From Gammaproteobacteria bacterium (GTDB lineage: Bacteria > Pseudomonadota > Gammaproteobacteria > SZUA-140): DNA of 64,000 bases. Positions 9,641 through 17,938 of this stretch are shown here, one piece after another. The stretch is from NCBI GenBank assembly GCA_015492435.1, contig WGFB01000051.1, positions 15,100 through 79,099 of the forward strand. Reading direction: 5' to 3'. The position numbers were made by a program, and so were the translations under genes. Position 1 is the first letter of the stretch. Each line of letters starts with the position of its first letter. The notes under the pieces were generated by a model. The model did not search any database and was not told the origin of the DNA. It saw nothing but the letters and a program-made list of their open reading frames with translations.

Positions 9641-9760
9641 AGACGGCTCCTTATGAAATCGGAATGTTGTGCGCGAAACATAAAGTAAATCCTGAAGTAT
9701 GGCGCCGGCCTTCAGGAACTGGGCGCGCCAACCCAATATAGCCTGGATTACACCATAAAA

Positions 9761-11977
9761 TCAATGCATTATGCGCTTCACCTCGATGACGTTGGGTAAT
9801 TGCTCGATGCGCGCCAGGATGCGGCTCAGCTCGGCGATGTTGCCAATTTCCAGGCTCAGGCGCATCTGCGCCAGGTGGCGCTTGTGATCGGAAAAGGTGT
9901 TGGCCGCGATCAGGTTGACCTTGTCGTTGGCCAGCACCGAGGTAATGTCGCGCAGCAGGCCCTGACGGTCGATGGCCGAGATCTGGATGTCCACGGGAAA
10001 GGTTTCCTCGTTGGCGCCGCCCCACTCCACGCTGACAATGCGGTCCGGGCTGCTGTTCATATAGCGCAGCAGATTGCTGCAGTCCGCGCGGTGTATGGAT
10101 ACCCCACGCCCCAGGGTAATGTACCCGCTGATAGCGTCCCCCGGCACCGGCTTGCAGCACCCCGCCATGTGGGACATGAGGTTGCCGATGCCCTGGATGG
10201 TCACGCTGCCACCCTGTCCGTGCCCCGCGGGACGGCGCCGGGTCAGGGGAATGGGCTCCGCGTCGGGCTCCCGGGGCGCGCTCAGATCCAGCGCCGCCTT
10301 CACGAAGCGGGAGGTTTTGACCTCGTTGTGGGCGATGGCCACGTACAGATCCTCGCACTGGGAGAATCCCAGCCTGCCGGCCAGTTTTTCATGATTGACG
10401 CCGCTGATGCCCAGGCGGCGCAGTTCCTTCTCCAGCGCCGTCCTGCCCTCCTGGATGTTCTTGTCGCGGTCCTGCAGACGGAACCAGGCCTGCACCTTGG
10501 ACCGCGCCCGGTTGGTGACGAGATAGCCCAGGTGGGGGTTGAGCCAGTCGCGGCTGGGGGAGGCATTCTTGACCGTCAGCACCTCCACCTTCTGCCCGGT
10601 CTTGAGGCGGTAGGTCAAGGGCACCATCTTGCCGTTCACCTTCACGCCGCGGCAGCGGTGCCCCACCTCCGTGTGGATACGGTAGGCGAAGTCCAGGGGC
10701 GTGGCGCCGCTGGGCAGATCGATGATGTTGCCCTGGGGTGTGAACACATAGATGCGGTCCTGGAAGATCTCGGACTTGAACTGGTCCACGAAGTCACCGG
10801 CATCGCTGATCTCGTCCTTCCATTCCAGCACGTTTCTCAGCCAGGCGATCTTCTTGTCGAAGCTGTCGTCTAGACCGGCGTTCTCCTTGTAACGCCAGTG
10901 GGCGGCCACGCCCAGTTCGTTGCGTTCGTGCATCTCGTGGGTGCGGATCTGGATCTCCACGGTCTTGCCCTCGGGGCCGATGACGGCTGTATGGATGGAC
11001 TGGTAGTTGTTTTCCTTGGGCGTGGCAATGTAGTCGTCGAACTCGCCGGCGATATACTGCCAGTTGGAATGCACCACGCCCAGGGCGGTATAGCAGTCCT
11101 GAATGCTGTCCACCAGCACACGCACCCCGCGGATATCGTAGATCTGGTGATAATCGAGATTCTTGCGCTCCATCTTGCGCCAGATGCTGTAGATATGCTT
11201 GGGGCGGCCGCTGATCTCCGCCTTCACGGAGGCCTTTTCCAGATCGGCGCCCAGGCGCTCGATGAAACGGTTGATGTAGCGCTCGCGGTCGATGCGCCGC
11301 TCGTCCAGCATGCGCGCCAGGCGCTTGTATACCGCCGGTTCCAGGTAGCGCAGGGACAGATCCTCCAGTTCCCACTTGATCTGCCAGATCCCCAGGCGGT
11401 TGGCCAGGGGCGCATAGAGATCCAGGGTCTCCTGGGCGATCCTTCTCTGCTTGTCCCCGGGAAGCGCCGCCAGGGTGCGCATGTTGTGGGTGCGGTCCGC
11501 CAGCTTGATGAGCACCACCCGGATATCCTCCGCCATGGCCAGCAGCATTTTGCGCAGATTTTCCGACTGGACATGTTCCTTCTTGTCGGACTCCGGCAGG
11601 GCCTGGAAGGCCTGGATCATTTTCATTTTGGTCACCCCCTCCACCAGCGAAGCGATATTGGCGCCGAAATTTTCGTGGATATCCCGCAGGGTGCTGGGCG
11701 TGTCCTCCACCACGTCGTGGAGAATGGCGGCCGTGATGGACTCGTGATCGAGTTCCAGTCCGGCCAGGATGTTGGCCACGCCCAGGGCATGCTGGAAATA
11801 GGGCTCGCCAGAGGCCCGGTACTGTCCGGCATGGGCCCGCAGGGCATAGTCGCAGGCCTTGCGGATGAGAGCCATTTCGGTTTCGCCATAGGACTTCGCC
11901 AGGGACGCGAGCCACAAGCCGCTGTCCAGCCGGTCCTTGCTGGTGCGGGGCGTGCTTTTCTCCTTGATGCTGACCAT
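9761..11977 (-). CDS. relA: RelA/SpoT-family (p)ppGpp synthetase; RelA-like length with an apparently intact HD hydrolase motif
   Basis: 738 aa. HD domain (HALGVANIL...LHDVVEDT), synthetase core (RPKHIYSIWRKMERKNL...NNYQSIHTAVIGPEGKTVEIQIRT), and TGS and ACT regions. The length and the synthetase segment are closest to E. coli RelA, while the N-terminus resembles SpoT/bifunctional Rel. Confidence 0.9.
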   Translation of the reverse strand: MVSIKEKSTPRTSKDRLDSGLWLASLAKSYGETEMALIRKACDYALRAHAGQYRASGEPYFQHALGVANILAGLELDHESITAAILHDVVEDTPSTLRDIHENFGANIASLVEGVTKMKMIQAFQALPESDKKEHVQSENLRKMLLAMAEDIRVVLIKLADRTHNMRTLAALPGDKQRRIAQETLDLYAPLANRLGIWQIKWELEDLSLRYLEPAVYKRLARMLDERRIDRERYINRFIERLGADLEKASVKAEISGRPKHIYSIWRKMERKNLDYHQIYDIRGVRVLVDSIQDCYTALGVVHSNWQYIAGEFDDYIATPKENNYQSIHTAVIGPEGKTVEIQIRTHEMHERNELGVAAHWRYKENAGLDDSFDKKIAWLRNVLEWKDEISDAGDFVDQFKSEIFQDRIYVFTPQGNIIDLPSGATPLDFAYRIHTEVGHRCRGVKVNGKMVPLTYRLKTGQKVEVLTVKNASPSRDWLNPHLGYLVTNRARSKVQAWFRLQDRDKNIQEGRTALEKELRRLGISGVNHEKLAGRLGFSQCEDLYVAIAHNEVKTSRFVKAALDLSAPREPDAEPIPLTRRRPAGHGQGGSVTIQGIGNLMSHMAGCCKPVPGDAISGYITLGRGVSIHRADCSNLLRYMNSSPDRIVSVEWGGANEETFPVDIQISAIDRQGLLRDITSVLANDKVNLIAANTFSDHKRHLAQMRLSLEIGNIAELSRILARIEQLPNVIEVKRIMH

Positions 11978-12112
11978 GGGATTCGATTGCGCGCCGGCGC
12001 GCTTCTGTGCCGGCCGTTACCAGGAAATAGTGCCTGGGGAAGGAAAATACAACCTGAAACCGTGGTTCAGGTGCAAGTCGGCCGGCCGGGAGGCCCCGGA
12101 TCCGTCCCCCGC

Positions 12113-12568
12113 CTACCGGCGCCCCTGCCTCATGGCATGAATGACCTGGTCTTCCAGCTCGATGCGGTCGGCAAGGCATTCACCGAGCAGGGAAAGATCG
12201 GTTTTCAGGCCAACGAGGTCGGGCTCCTGGCCATCGAAGTCGTATTTCTCATTGAAGTCGAGGATCTTCTGCGTCGTCGCCACGATGCTGGGATAAACCT
12301 TGTCCGCCACCGCAACCACCTCGTGGCGCCGTTCCTTCTTCTCGTCGATGTAACGGTAAAGCCTGAAATGGGCGTCTGCGGTGTAATCGATGAGCGCCTG
12401 GCAGAAGTTCTCCAGCATCTCGATCACTTCCCGTGAGTCTCCATTCGCGTGATTGGCGGCAAGATCGCCGTACAGGGACAGCACGTTGCTCCTGACGTTG
12501 ACCAGTTCCTGTATCAGGTTCAACGATGCCGAACGGCGCTCCTGAAAAACGTTTTCTGTTCCAGACAT
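12113..12568 (-). CDS. rsd: Rsd/AlgQ-family regulator of sigma D (anti-sigma-70)
   Basis: 151 aa; FCQALIDYTADAHFRLYRYI matches the Rsd/AlgQ signature (E. coli Rsd has FCQSLVDYLSAGHFSIYERI). Confidence 0.8.
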   Translation of the reverse strand: MSGTENVFQERRSASLNLIQELVNVRSNVLSLYGDLAANHANGDSREVIEMLENFCQALIDYTADAHFRLYRYIDEKKERRHEVVAVADKVYPSIVATTQKILDFNEKYDFDGQEPDLVGLKTDLSLLGECLADRIELEDQVIHAMRQGRR

Positions 12569-12748
12569 GGGATTCCCTTGATTTGAATGTGATACTCCAC
12601 ATTTTATCAGATAACCGCGGCCATTCTACACAAAACCACCGCCCGGGCGGAGTGCGGCTCAATTATCGGCCCGACAGTTGCAGTGTACGGGCGCCAACCG
12701 TGGAAGACACCTTGTTTCATGCGCCCTGCCGCGTATGGCAGTCCCTGG

Positions 12749-12895
12749 CGTTGGCGTCAAGATACAAGGTACAAGTGAAGTGGCTCTTGTACCTTGTATC
12801 TTGTACCTTGTACCTTGTACCTTGTATCTTGTAACTCGTATCTTATATCTCTCACAATCCCAGCCCCCGGTTTTTTGCGATGACTGGGGTAACCC
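12749..12895. repeat. Heptamer-repeat element, copy a: palindromic (GTACAAG)n array plus inverted hairpin head
   Basis: Boundary motif GCGTTGGCGTCA. Left arm CAAGATACAAGGTACAAG, a 10-nt loop, then right arm CTTGTACCTTGTATCTTGTACCTTGTACCTTGTACCTTGTATCTTGTA, then the head on the opposite strand (CCCAGTCATCGCAAAAAACCGGGGGCTGGGATTGTGAGAG). Confidence 0.7.
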
Positions 12896-12901
12896 ACTCC
12901 G

Positions 12902-13945
12902 TCAATAGGTCGCAATCTCCACGGGATCGAAGCGGCGCCCCTGCTGGCGCGCGTGGTTCACCTTGTGTTCCAGGCGCTCGATGATCGCGCGGCAGAAATT
13001 GACGCCCGTGAGATCCTGGGCGGTGTTGAGCCCGCCCGGCGAGAACACGTTGATCTCCACCAGCTTGTCGCCCACGATATCCAGTCCCACCAGAAACATG
13101 CCATCCCGCACGAGGCGCGGGCGAACGGCCTCGGCGATCTCCAGCATGTCATCGGTGATCCGGGCCTTCCGCGCCTTGCCGCCCACCGTCATGTTGCTGC
13201 GGATATCCTCTCCAGGGCGCATCCTGCGTATGGCGGCGTACTCGCCACCGATGCGCAGCGGCCTGCCGTTGACAATGAACAGACGGGTGTCCCCGTGCTC
13301 GATGGCGGGCAGAAACTCCTGGGCGATGACATAGCCCTCGTGGCTGATGGCCTCGATCATCTGGTGAAGGTTGGGCGCATCCAGGGGGCGCAGGAGAAAC
13401 ACATTGCGCCCTCCCGACCCCGCCAGGGGTTTCAGCACGATGGTTCCGCCCATGGCCTTCTGAAAGGCGATAATTTCATCGTGGTCGCGGGTGATGAGCG
13501 CCGCGGGCCTGATGTGGCGGGGAAAGGCCAGGCAATACATTTTGTTGATCCCGCGCGCCAGGCTGTCGGGGTTGTTGAGGGTGATGACGCCGTGGCCCAT
13601 GGCCAGCCGCCCGAAATTGATGCCCGCCAGGCGCGCCCAGGGGCGGTCGATGATATCCTGGGCGGGATCGTTGCGCAGCATCAGGACATCGAGTTCATCC
13701 ACGGTGATCATGACCGGCGCGACCTCTTCCCGCATGATCTCAAGAAAGCGCGCCGCGCTGCGGTGCCTCCCGGATGGCGCCACAAAGGCCCTGGCGCGCA
13801 CGGAGTCATCGGAACATATCTCGAAGTCGGCCACATTGATATAACAGGTTTCATGGCCGAGGTTATTGGCTTCCATGGCCAGGCAGGTGGTGGTATAGGC
13901 GGCGTATTCGGTGCGCAGGTCATTGATGACGAAACCGATCTTCAC
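12902..13945 (-). CDS. Glutathione-synthetase-like ATP-grasp ligase (GshB homolog)
   Basis: 347 aa. Co-linear similarity to E. coli GshB blocks: VLMLRNDP vs VILMRKDPP; LKPLAGSGGRNVF vs LKPLDGMGGASIF; AQEFLPAIEHGDTRLFIVNGRP vs AQNYLPAIKDGDKRVLVVDGEP; FLVGLDIVGDKLVEINVFSP vs IFVGLDIIGDRLTEINVTSP. Its start overlaps the upstream gene's stop as ATGA. Confidence 0.8.
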   Translation of the reverse strand: MKIGFVINDLRTEYAAYTTTCLAMEANNLGHETCYINVADFEICSDDSVRARAFVAPSGRHRSAARFLEIMREEVAPVMITVDELDVLMLRNDPAQDIIDRPWARLAGINFGRLAMGHGVITLNNPDSLARGINKMYCLAFPRHIRPAALITRDHDEIIAFQKAMGGTIVLKPLAGSGGRNVFLLRPLDAPNLHQMIEAISHEGYVIAQEFLPAIEHGDTRLFIVNGRPLRIGGEYAAIRRMRPGEDIRSNMTVGGKARKARITDDMLEIAEAVRPRLVRDGMFLVGLDIVGDKLVEINVFSPGGLNTAQDLTGVNFCRAIIERLEHKVNHARQQGRRFDPVEIATY

Positions 13946-15849
13946 GGCGCCAGGCCCTCGGTCAGGGCCGCCAGGTCGAGCCCCGCGCGCAGGCGCGCCA
14001 GTCTTTCCCGGCAGGATTTCAGCGTCAGGAAGCGCGGCCGCAGCAGGGGCGGACGGACAATGCGGCGCCAGCGCAATTCTTCGATGAATGGCGCCTGTTG
14101 CAGGGCGAACTTCCCGGTCAATAAAACATCCATGTCCCCGCCCCGGCCAAAATAGGACAGCAGGTCGATGAGCCCACGCAGATAGACCACGTCCTTGGTA
14201 AGCCCGCCCCCGCGGTAGACGCGCATGGTGATGTAGTAGGCCTGGTACTGGCTGAACTCGTGGTCATGATGCAAGGCCCGGAATGTTTCGATGAAATCGG
14301 CGCCGGTGACCAGATGATGCACCGCGACAACCCGCGCGGCCAGGGTGCGCAGGCGGGAGCGGTTCAGGCCGCCCACCAGGTATTCCGCCAGCACCGCCAG
14401 GCCTTCCTGGGTCTCGTCATAGGCGGCCAGGCCCACGTGCAACTGACGCAGCGGCTGCACCAGCCCATTGTAGTAGGTGACGAGATGCACCCCCACTTCA
14501 TGCTGCAGGGATGCATCCACCCTCCCCTCGCCCACCTTGACGTCCGTTCCCACCAGGAAATGTCCCTGGGAGACGATGAGCCCGCTGATGTCGTCGCGGA
14601 TCCGCACTGTCGCCGCCAGGCCGGGATCGGTCTTCCGGTAGTATGCCAGTTCCTTTCTGGCCAGCCTCGCGAATTTCCCGGCATCGAGGGCGCGGGACTG
14701 CCTGTCGTCGTGAGTATGGGGGGGCACCTTTTCAAGAATCCCGCGCGCCGCCTTCAGCAGGGCCTTGTCGGCCACGCCGAATACTTGCATGCTGCCGTAG
14801 AGAAATTCCGCCTTGCCACGCGCATCCAGCATCGAAACCTTGCGGTCGAGCTCGCGGCGCTTTTCCTCGAACAACAGGGCCAGGGTGGGATCTTCGATGG
14901 CGTCCAGGGGAATGTTGTAGAGGGCGCGCTTGACCAGGCCCGGATCCACCGTTCGCGGCCGGTAGTGAAACTCGGGAATGACCGCAAAGCGCCCGCGCCG
15001 GAACTGGCGCCAGGCGCTGGCCACGTTGACCGGCGTCGCCTGGAGTATGAGATCGAACTGCTCGTCGATGGCGGCCAGGCGGCGGTCCGTCTCATGCACG
15101 GCGCGGGTCATGGCGTGGCGGCCCAGTTCGTGATAGTGAACGGGCTTGTGGCGGCTGTACTGGCGCGCAAACTCATGGAAGCTCTGTTTCAGGGCCCGCC
15201 CCACTCCCTGGCGCACCGCGCGCAGGGCGTAGGGGAGGCGCGCGCCGGTCTCCCTGTCGTGGTAAACAGGCGCGACCTCCAGACCGAGCAAGGTGCCGCC
15301 CGCGGATCTGAGGCGGGCGGCCGAGAGCAGCGGCTTCATGCCGGGTGGCGCGCAGCGCTGGACGTAATCCACCGTCACACGGGCGCAGCAACGGCGCAGG
15401 CGCACCCTGCGCAAGGCCTGATCCAGGCGTTCAATGACGGGCATGGGCGCATTGTGCCTGGGGGCGAGAACGCGAAAGGCCGGCGCGGGGGCCCTGCCGT
15501 CCCGCTCCCCTTCCGCCACGAGGCCGGGATTCGCCCATATCTCGACGATGAGAAAGGCGCCACAGGCCCTGGATTGCAGGGCGGCGATTTCCTCGACCAG
15601 GCGCGACACATCGCGCTGCGCGCCTGGATCCCCGCTGGCGAGAAGATAGGCGGCCTCGCCGGTCAGCAGGCTTTCCGTCTCCGGGTCGTCCACCCCGGGA
15701 GGGCGGCGGTAGACGCACAGAAAAGGCAGGTGCCGGTCGATATGCGCCCGGCCGCCACCCGGCAGCCTGCGCCTGACCGCGCTGCCGGCCTTCACGAAGC
15801 GGATAATATCTTCGATGACTGTTGCGGCGCGCTCCCGTGGCTTGTTCAT
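13942..15849 (-). CDS. QEGLA-motif protein (DUF1704, family name recalled from memory) with an HExxH(x23)E motif; possibly a zinc peptidase
   Basis: Contains ...LQHEVGVHLVTYYNGLVQPLRQLHVGLAAYDETQEGLAVLAEYLVGG. The start is taken at ATG 15849 (MNKPRERAATV, 635 aa), because the track start at 15999 would overlap the divergent uspA. The ~250-aa N-terminal region has no recognised domain. Confidence 0.7.
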   Translation of the reverse strand: MNKPRERAATVIEDIIRFVKAGSAVRRRLPGGGRAHIDRHLPFLCVYRRPPGVDDPETESLLTGEAAYLLASGDPGAQRDVSRLVEEIAALQSRACGAFLIVEIWANPGLVAEGERDGRAPAPAFRVLAPRHNAPMPVIERLDQALRRVRLRRCCARVTVDYVQRCAPPGMKPLLSAARLRSAGGTLLGLEVAPVYHDRETGARLPYALRAVRQGVGRALKQSFHEFARQYSRHKPVHYHELGRHAMTRAVHETDRRLAAIDEQFDLILQATPVNVASAWRQFRRGRFAVIPEFHYRPRTVDPGLVKRALYNIPLDAIEDPTLALLFEEKRRELDRKVSMLDARGKAEFLYGSMQVFGVADKALLKAARGILEKVPPHTHDDRQSRALDAGKFARLARKELAYYRKTDPGLAATVRIRDDISGLIVSQGHFLVGTDVKVGEGRVDASLQHEVGVHLVTYYNGLVQPLRQLHVGLAAYDETQEGLAVLAEYLVGGLNRSRLRTLAARVVAVHHLVTGADFIETFRALHHDHEFSQYQAYYITMRVYRGGGLTKDVVYLRGLIDLLSYFGRGGDMDVLLTGKFALQQAPFIEELRWRRIVRPPLLRPRFLTLKSCRERLARLRAGLDLAALTEGLAP

Positions 15850-15914
15850 GGAACTTCCATTGCTGCTATACTTTCCCGAAGCCCCTTGGCGTCTGAATGA
15901 TGGAGGATCCTTCC

Positions 15915-16361
15915 ATGCCAGATTACAACCATATCCTAGCCGCTGTCGACTTTTCCGCCGCGGCGGAGGCCATCGGCAAGCGCGCCCTGGATCTGTCAAG
16001 ACGCTATGACTGCCAGGTGACCCTGATCCATGTGGTCGACTACCTGCTTCCCCTTGGCTACGCTGACGACTTCACCCCCTCCCCGGTCCTGATGATCGAC
16101 GAAAACGAACTGCTGGAGCAGAGTCAGCGGTCCCTGCAGACCTTTGCCGAAAAGACGGGACTGGAGGGCGCCCGCCGGCAGGTGCTGCCGGGTTCTCCGC
16201 GCCAGGAGATCATACGCTATGCCCGTGAACACGGGGCGGACCTCATCGTCATCGGCTCCCATGGCCGGCATGGACTGGACCGCCTGCTGGGATCCACCGC
16301 CAGGAGCATTCTCAACGATGCCCCGTGTGACGTGCTGGCGGTGCGCATCAAGGAAGCGTGA
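15915..16361 (+). CDS. uspA: Universal stress protein UspA family
   Basis: MPDYNHILAAVDFS...ADLIVIGSHGRHGLDRLLGSTARSILNDAPCDVLAV. Start at ATG 15915 with GGAGGA 8 nt upstream. Confidence 0.85.
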   Translation: MPDYNHILAAVDFSAAAEAIGKRALDLSRRYDCQVTLIHVVDYLLPLGYADDFTPSPVLMIDENELLEQSQRSLQTFAEKTGLEGARRQVLPGSPRQEIIRYAREHGADLIVIGSHGRHGLDRLLGSTARSILNDAPCDVLAVRIKEA

Positions 16362-16371
16362 ATCCCCGGGC

Positions 16372-17088
16372 ATGACCGGCGGCAGGCGCGGCCCAGGCAA
16401 GATGACACCCTCTCCCGCATCCAGAAACCGCGAGCTGGCGCGGATGCTCCAGGAGATCGAGGGAGAGGTCCAGTACACCCGCGGCATGACGGGCCGGGCG
16501 CGGCTCGACCCCAGGGTGGTGGAGGCCATTGCCGCGGTGCCCCGTCACCGCTTCGTCGACAAGGACGTCAAGGCCCTGGCCTACGCCAACCACCCCCTGC
16601 CCATCGGCGCCGGACAGACCATTTCCCAGCCCTACATCGTCGCCATCATGACGGAACTGCTCGATCTGACACCGGACAGCGTGGTGCTGGAGATCGGTAC
16701 GGGATCCGGCTATCAGGCGGCCATCCTGTCGCGCCTGGTGAAGCAGGTCTACACCATCGAGATCATCCGCGAACTGGGCGAAAAGGCGGCGCAACGGCTG
16801 AAGAAACTGGGTTATGACAACGTCACCGTGCGCATCGGTGATGGCTACCAGGGCTGGCCCGAACACGCGCCCTATGATGCCATCATGGTGACAGCGGCAT
16901 GTCCGACCCTCCCCGCTCCCCTGATCGAGCAGCTCAAGGTGGGCGGCAAAATGATGATCCCCCTGGGGCAGCCGGATTTCAGCCAGGAACTCATGCTGGT
17001 GGAAAAAAAGGAAGACGGCGGGATCGACACCCGCCCCGTGCTGCCCGTCGCGTTCGTGCCCCTGACGGGAGACGGCGTCCTCAATTGA
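16372..17088 (+). CDS. pcm: Protein-L-isoaspartate O-methyltransferase
   Basis: AAVPRHRFVDKD...LPIGAGQTISQPYIVAIMTELLDLTPDSVVLEIGTGSGYQAAILSRL...GDGYQGWPEHAPYDAIMVTAA is near-identical in pattern to E. coli Pcm. The start is uncertain among ATG 16372, 16392 and 16444. Confidence 0.85.
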   Translation: MTGGRRGPGKMTPSPASRNRELARMLQEIEGEVQYTRGMTGRARLDPRVVEAIAAVPRHRFVDKDVKALAYANHPLPIGAGQTISQPYIVAIMTELLDLTPDSVVLEIGTGSGYQAAILSRLVKQVYTIEIIRELGEKAAQRLKKLGYDNVTVRIGDGYQGWPEHAPYDAIMVTAACPTLPAPLIEQLKVGGKMMIPLGQPDFSQELMLVEKKEDGGIDTRPVLPVAFVPLTGDGVLN

Positions 17089-17938
17089 CCAGCAGGCACC
17101 CGCACCCCAGGCCTTCCAGATCGCGCAGCAGCGATTCACCGTATTCCATGAGGCCGGGCCTGCCGCCGATGAACAGCCCGCAGCCCTGCTCCGCGAGCAT
17201 GCGCGCCAGGCAGCCGCAGGTGCTCTCCCGCAGGCGGTGAATGCGGCAGGGGATGCCCTGCGCCCCCAGATATTCCTCGATATGCGCCCTTGCCCGGCGT
17301 TCCTCCGCCTCCTCCATCGGCGGCAGGACAATCGTCATGGGCAGGCTGCCTTCCTGAAAACAAGACGTTGCCAGGCGCAACGCCCGCCAGGCCGCGGGGG
17401 TGCCGTCGAAGTAGACCGTGAGCGCGCGGGGGGCGTGTCCGGCGTCACGTTGCAGGAGCACCGTGGAAGTGGTCTGACGCAGGATCCTCCACAGAACACC
17501 CTCCTCCCTCGTGCTGGAGACCAGTGATTCCCGGACACGGTCCAGGATCAGCAGATCCTCCCCCACGACGCTGGCCAGCACTTCCCGGGAGACATGCCCG
17601 CGCCGCACCTGGAAGGACCAGGGCACCTTGTGCCGGGCGGCGAGCGCCGACAGTTTTTCGCGCACGGCATTCGCCTGTGCCTTGAGCACCCTTTCCATGC
17701 GCTCCCTGTCCAGGGGGCGGATCTCTCCCAACCCATAAGACATCTCCCCAGCGCGCGGCAGGGCGGCCAGGCGCAACAGGTTGATGTCCTCGATGAAGAG
17801 GACATGCATTTCGGCCTTGAGACGCAGGGCGATCTCCACCGTGCCTTGCATCTTTTCCAGATTGCCCGCGGGGGGGCTGAGCACGATGACGACGCGGCGG
17901 ATGTCCGACGCCTGCTCAGGCGTGATGATGTTCATCAT
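17081..17938 (-). CDS. Tandem universal-stress-protein (USP) domain protein
   Basis: Two degenerate USP-like halves; the C-terminus GCGLFIGGRPGLMEYGESLLRDLEGLGCGCLLVN resembles the USP G-x2-G-x9-G-S tail. The start is taken at MMNIIT (17938) and is uncertain; it overlaps the upstream Lon-like gene's 3' end by about 20 nt. Confidence 0.5.
   Translation of the reverse strand: MMNIITPEQASDIRRVVIVLSPPAGNLEKMQGTVEIALRLKAEMHVLFIEDINLLRLAALPRAGEMSYGLGEIRPLDRERMERVLKAQANAVREKLSALAARHKVPWSFQVRRGHVSREVLASVVGEDLLILDRVRESLVSSTREEGVLWRILRQTTSTVLLQRDAGHAPRALTVYFDGTPAAWRALRLATSCFQEGSLPMTIVLPPMEEAEERRARAHIEEYLGAQGIPCRIHRLRESTCGCLARMLAEQGCGLFIGGRPGLMEYGESLLRDLEGLGCGCLLVN

Noticed and set aside
12758-12834. 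Heptamer arrays as CRISPR repeats
   Set aside because: The units are 7 bp and directly abutting with no spacers, and no cas genes are present. This is not CRISPR.
12953-15900. Large plus-strand ORFs 12953..14155 and 14260..15900
   Set aside because: They are antisense to the GshB-like and QEGLA genes, which have collinear homology to known families.
15849-15999. N-terminal 50-aa extension of the QEGLA ORF (track start 15999)
   Set aside because: It would overlap the divergent uspA coding region by ~100 nt. An internal ATG at 15849 with a purine-rich RBS gives a non-overlapping gene.
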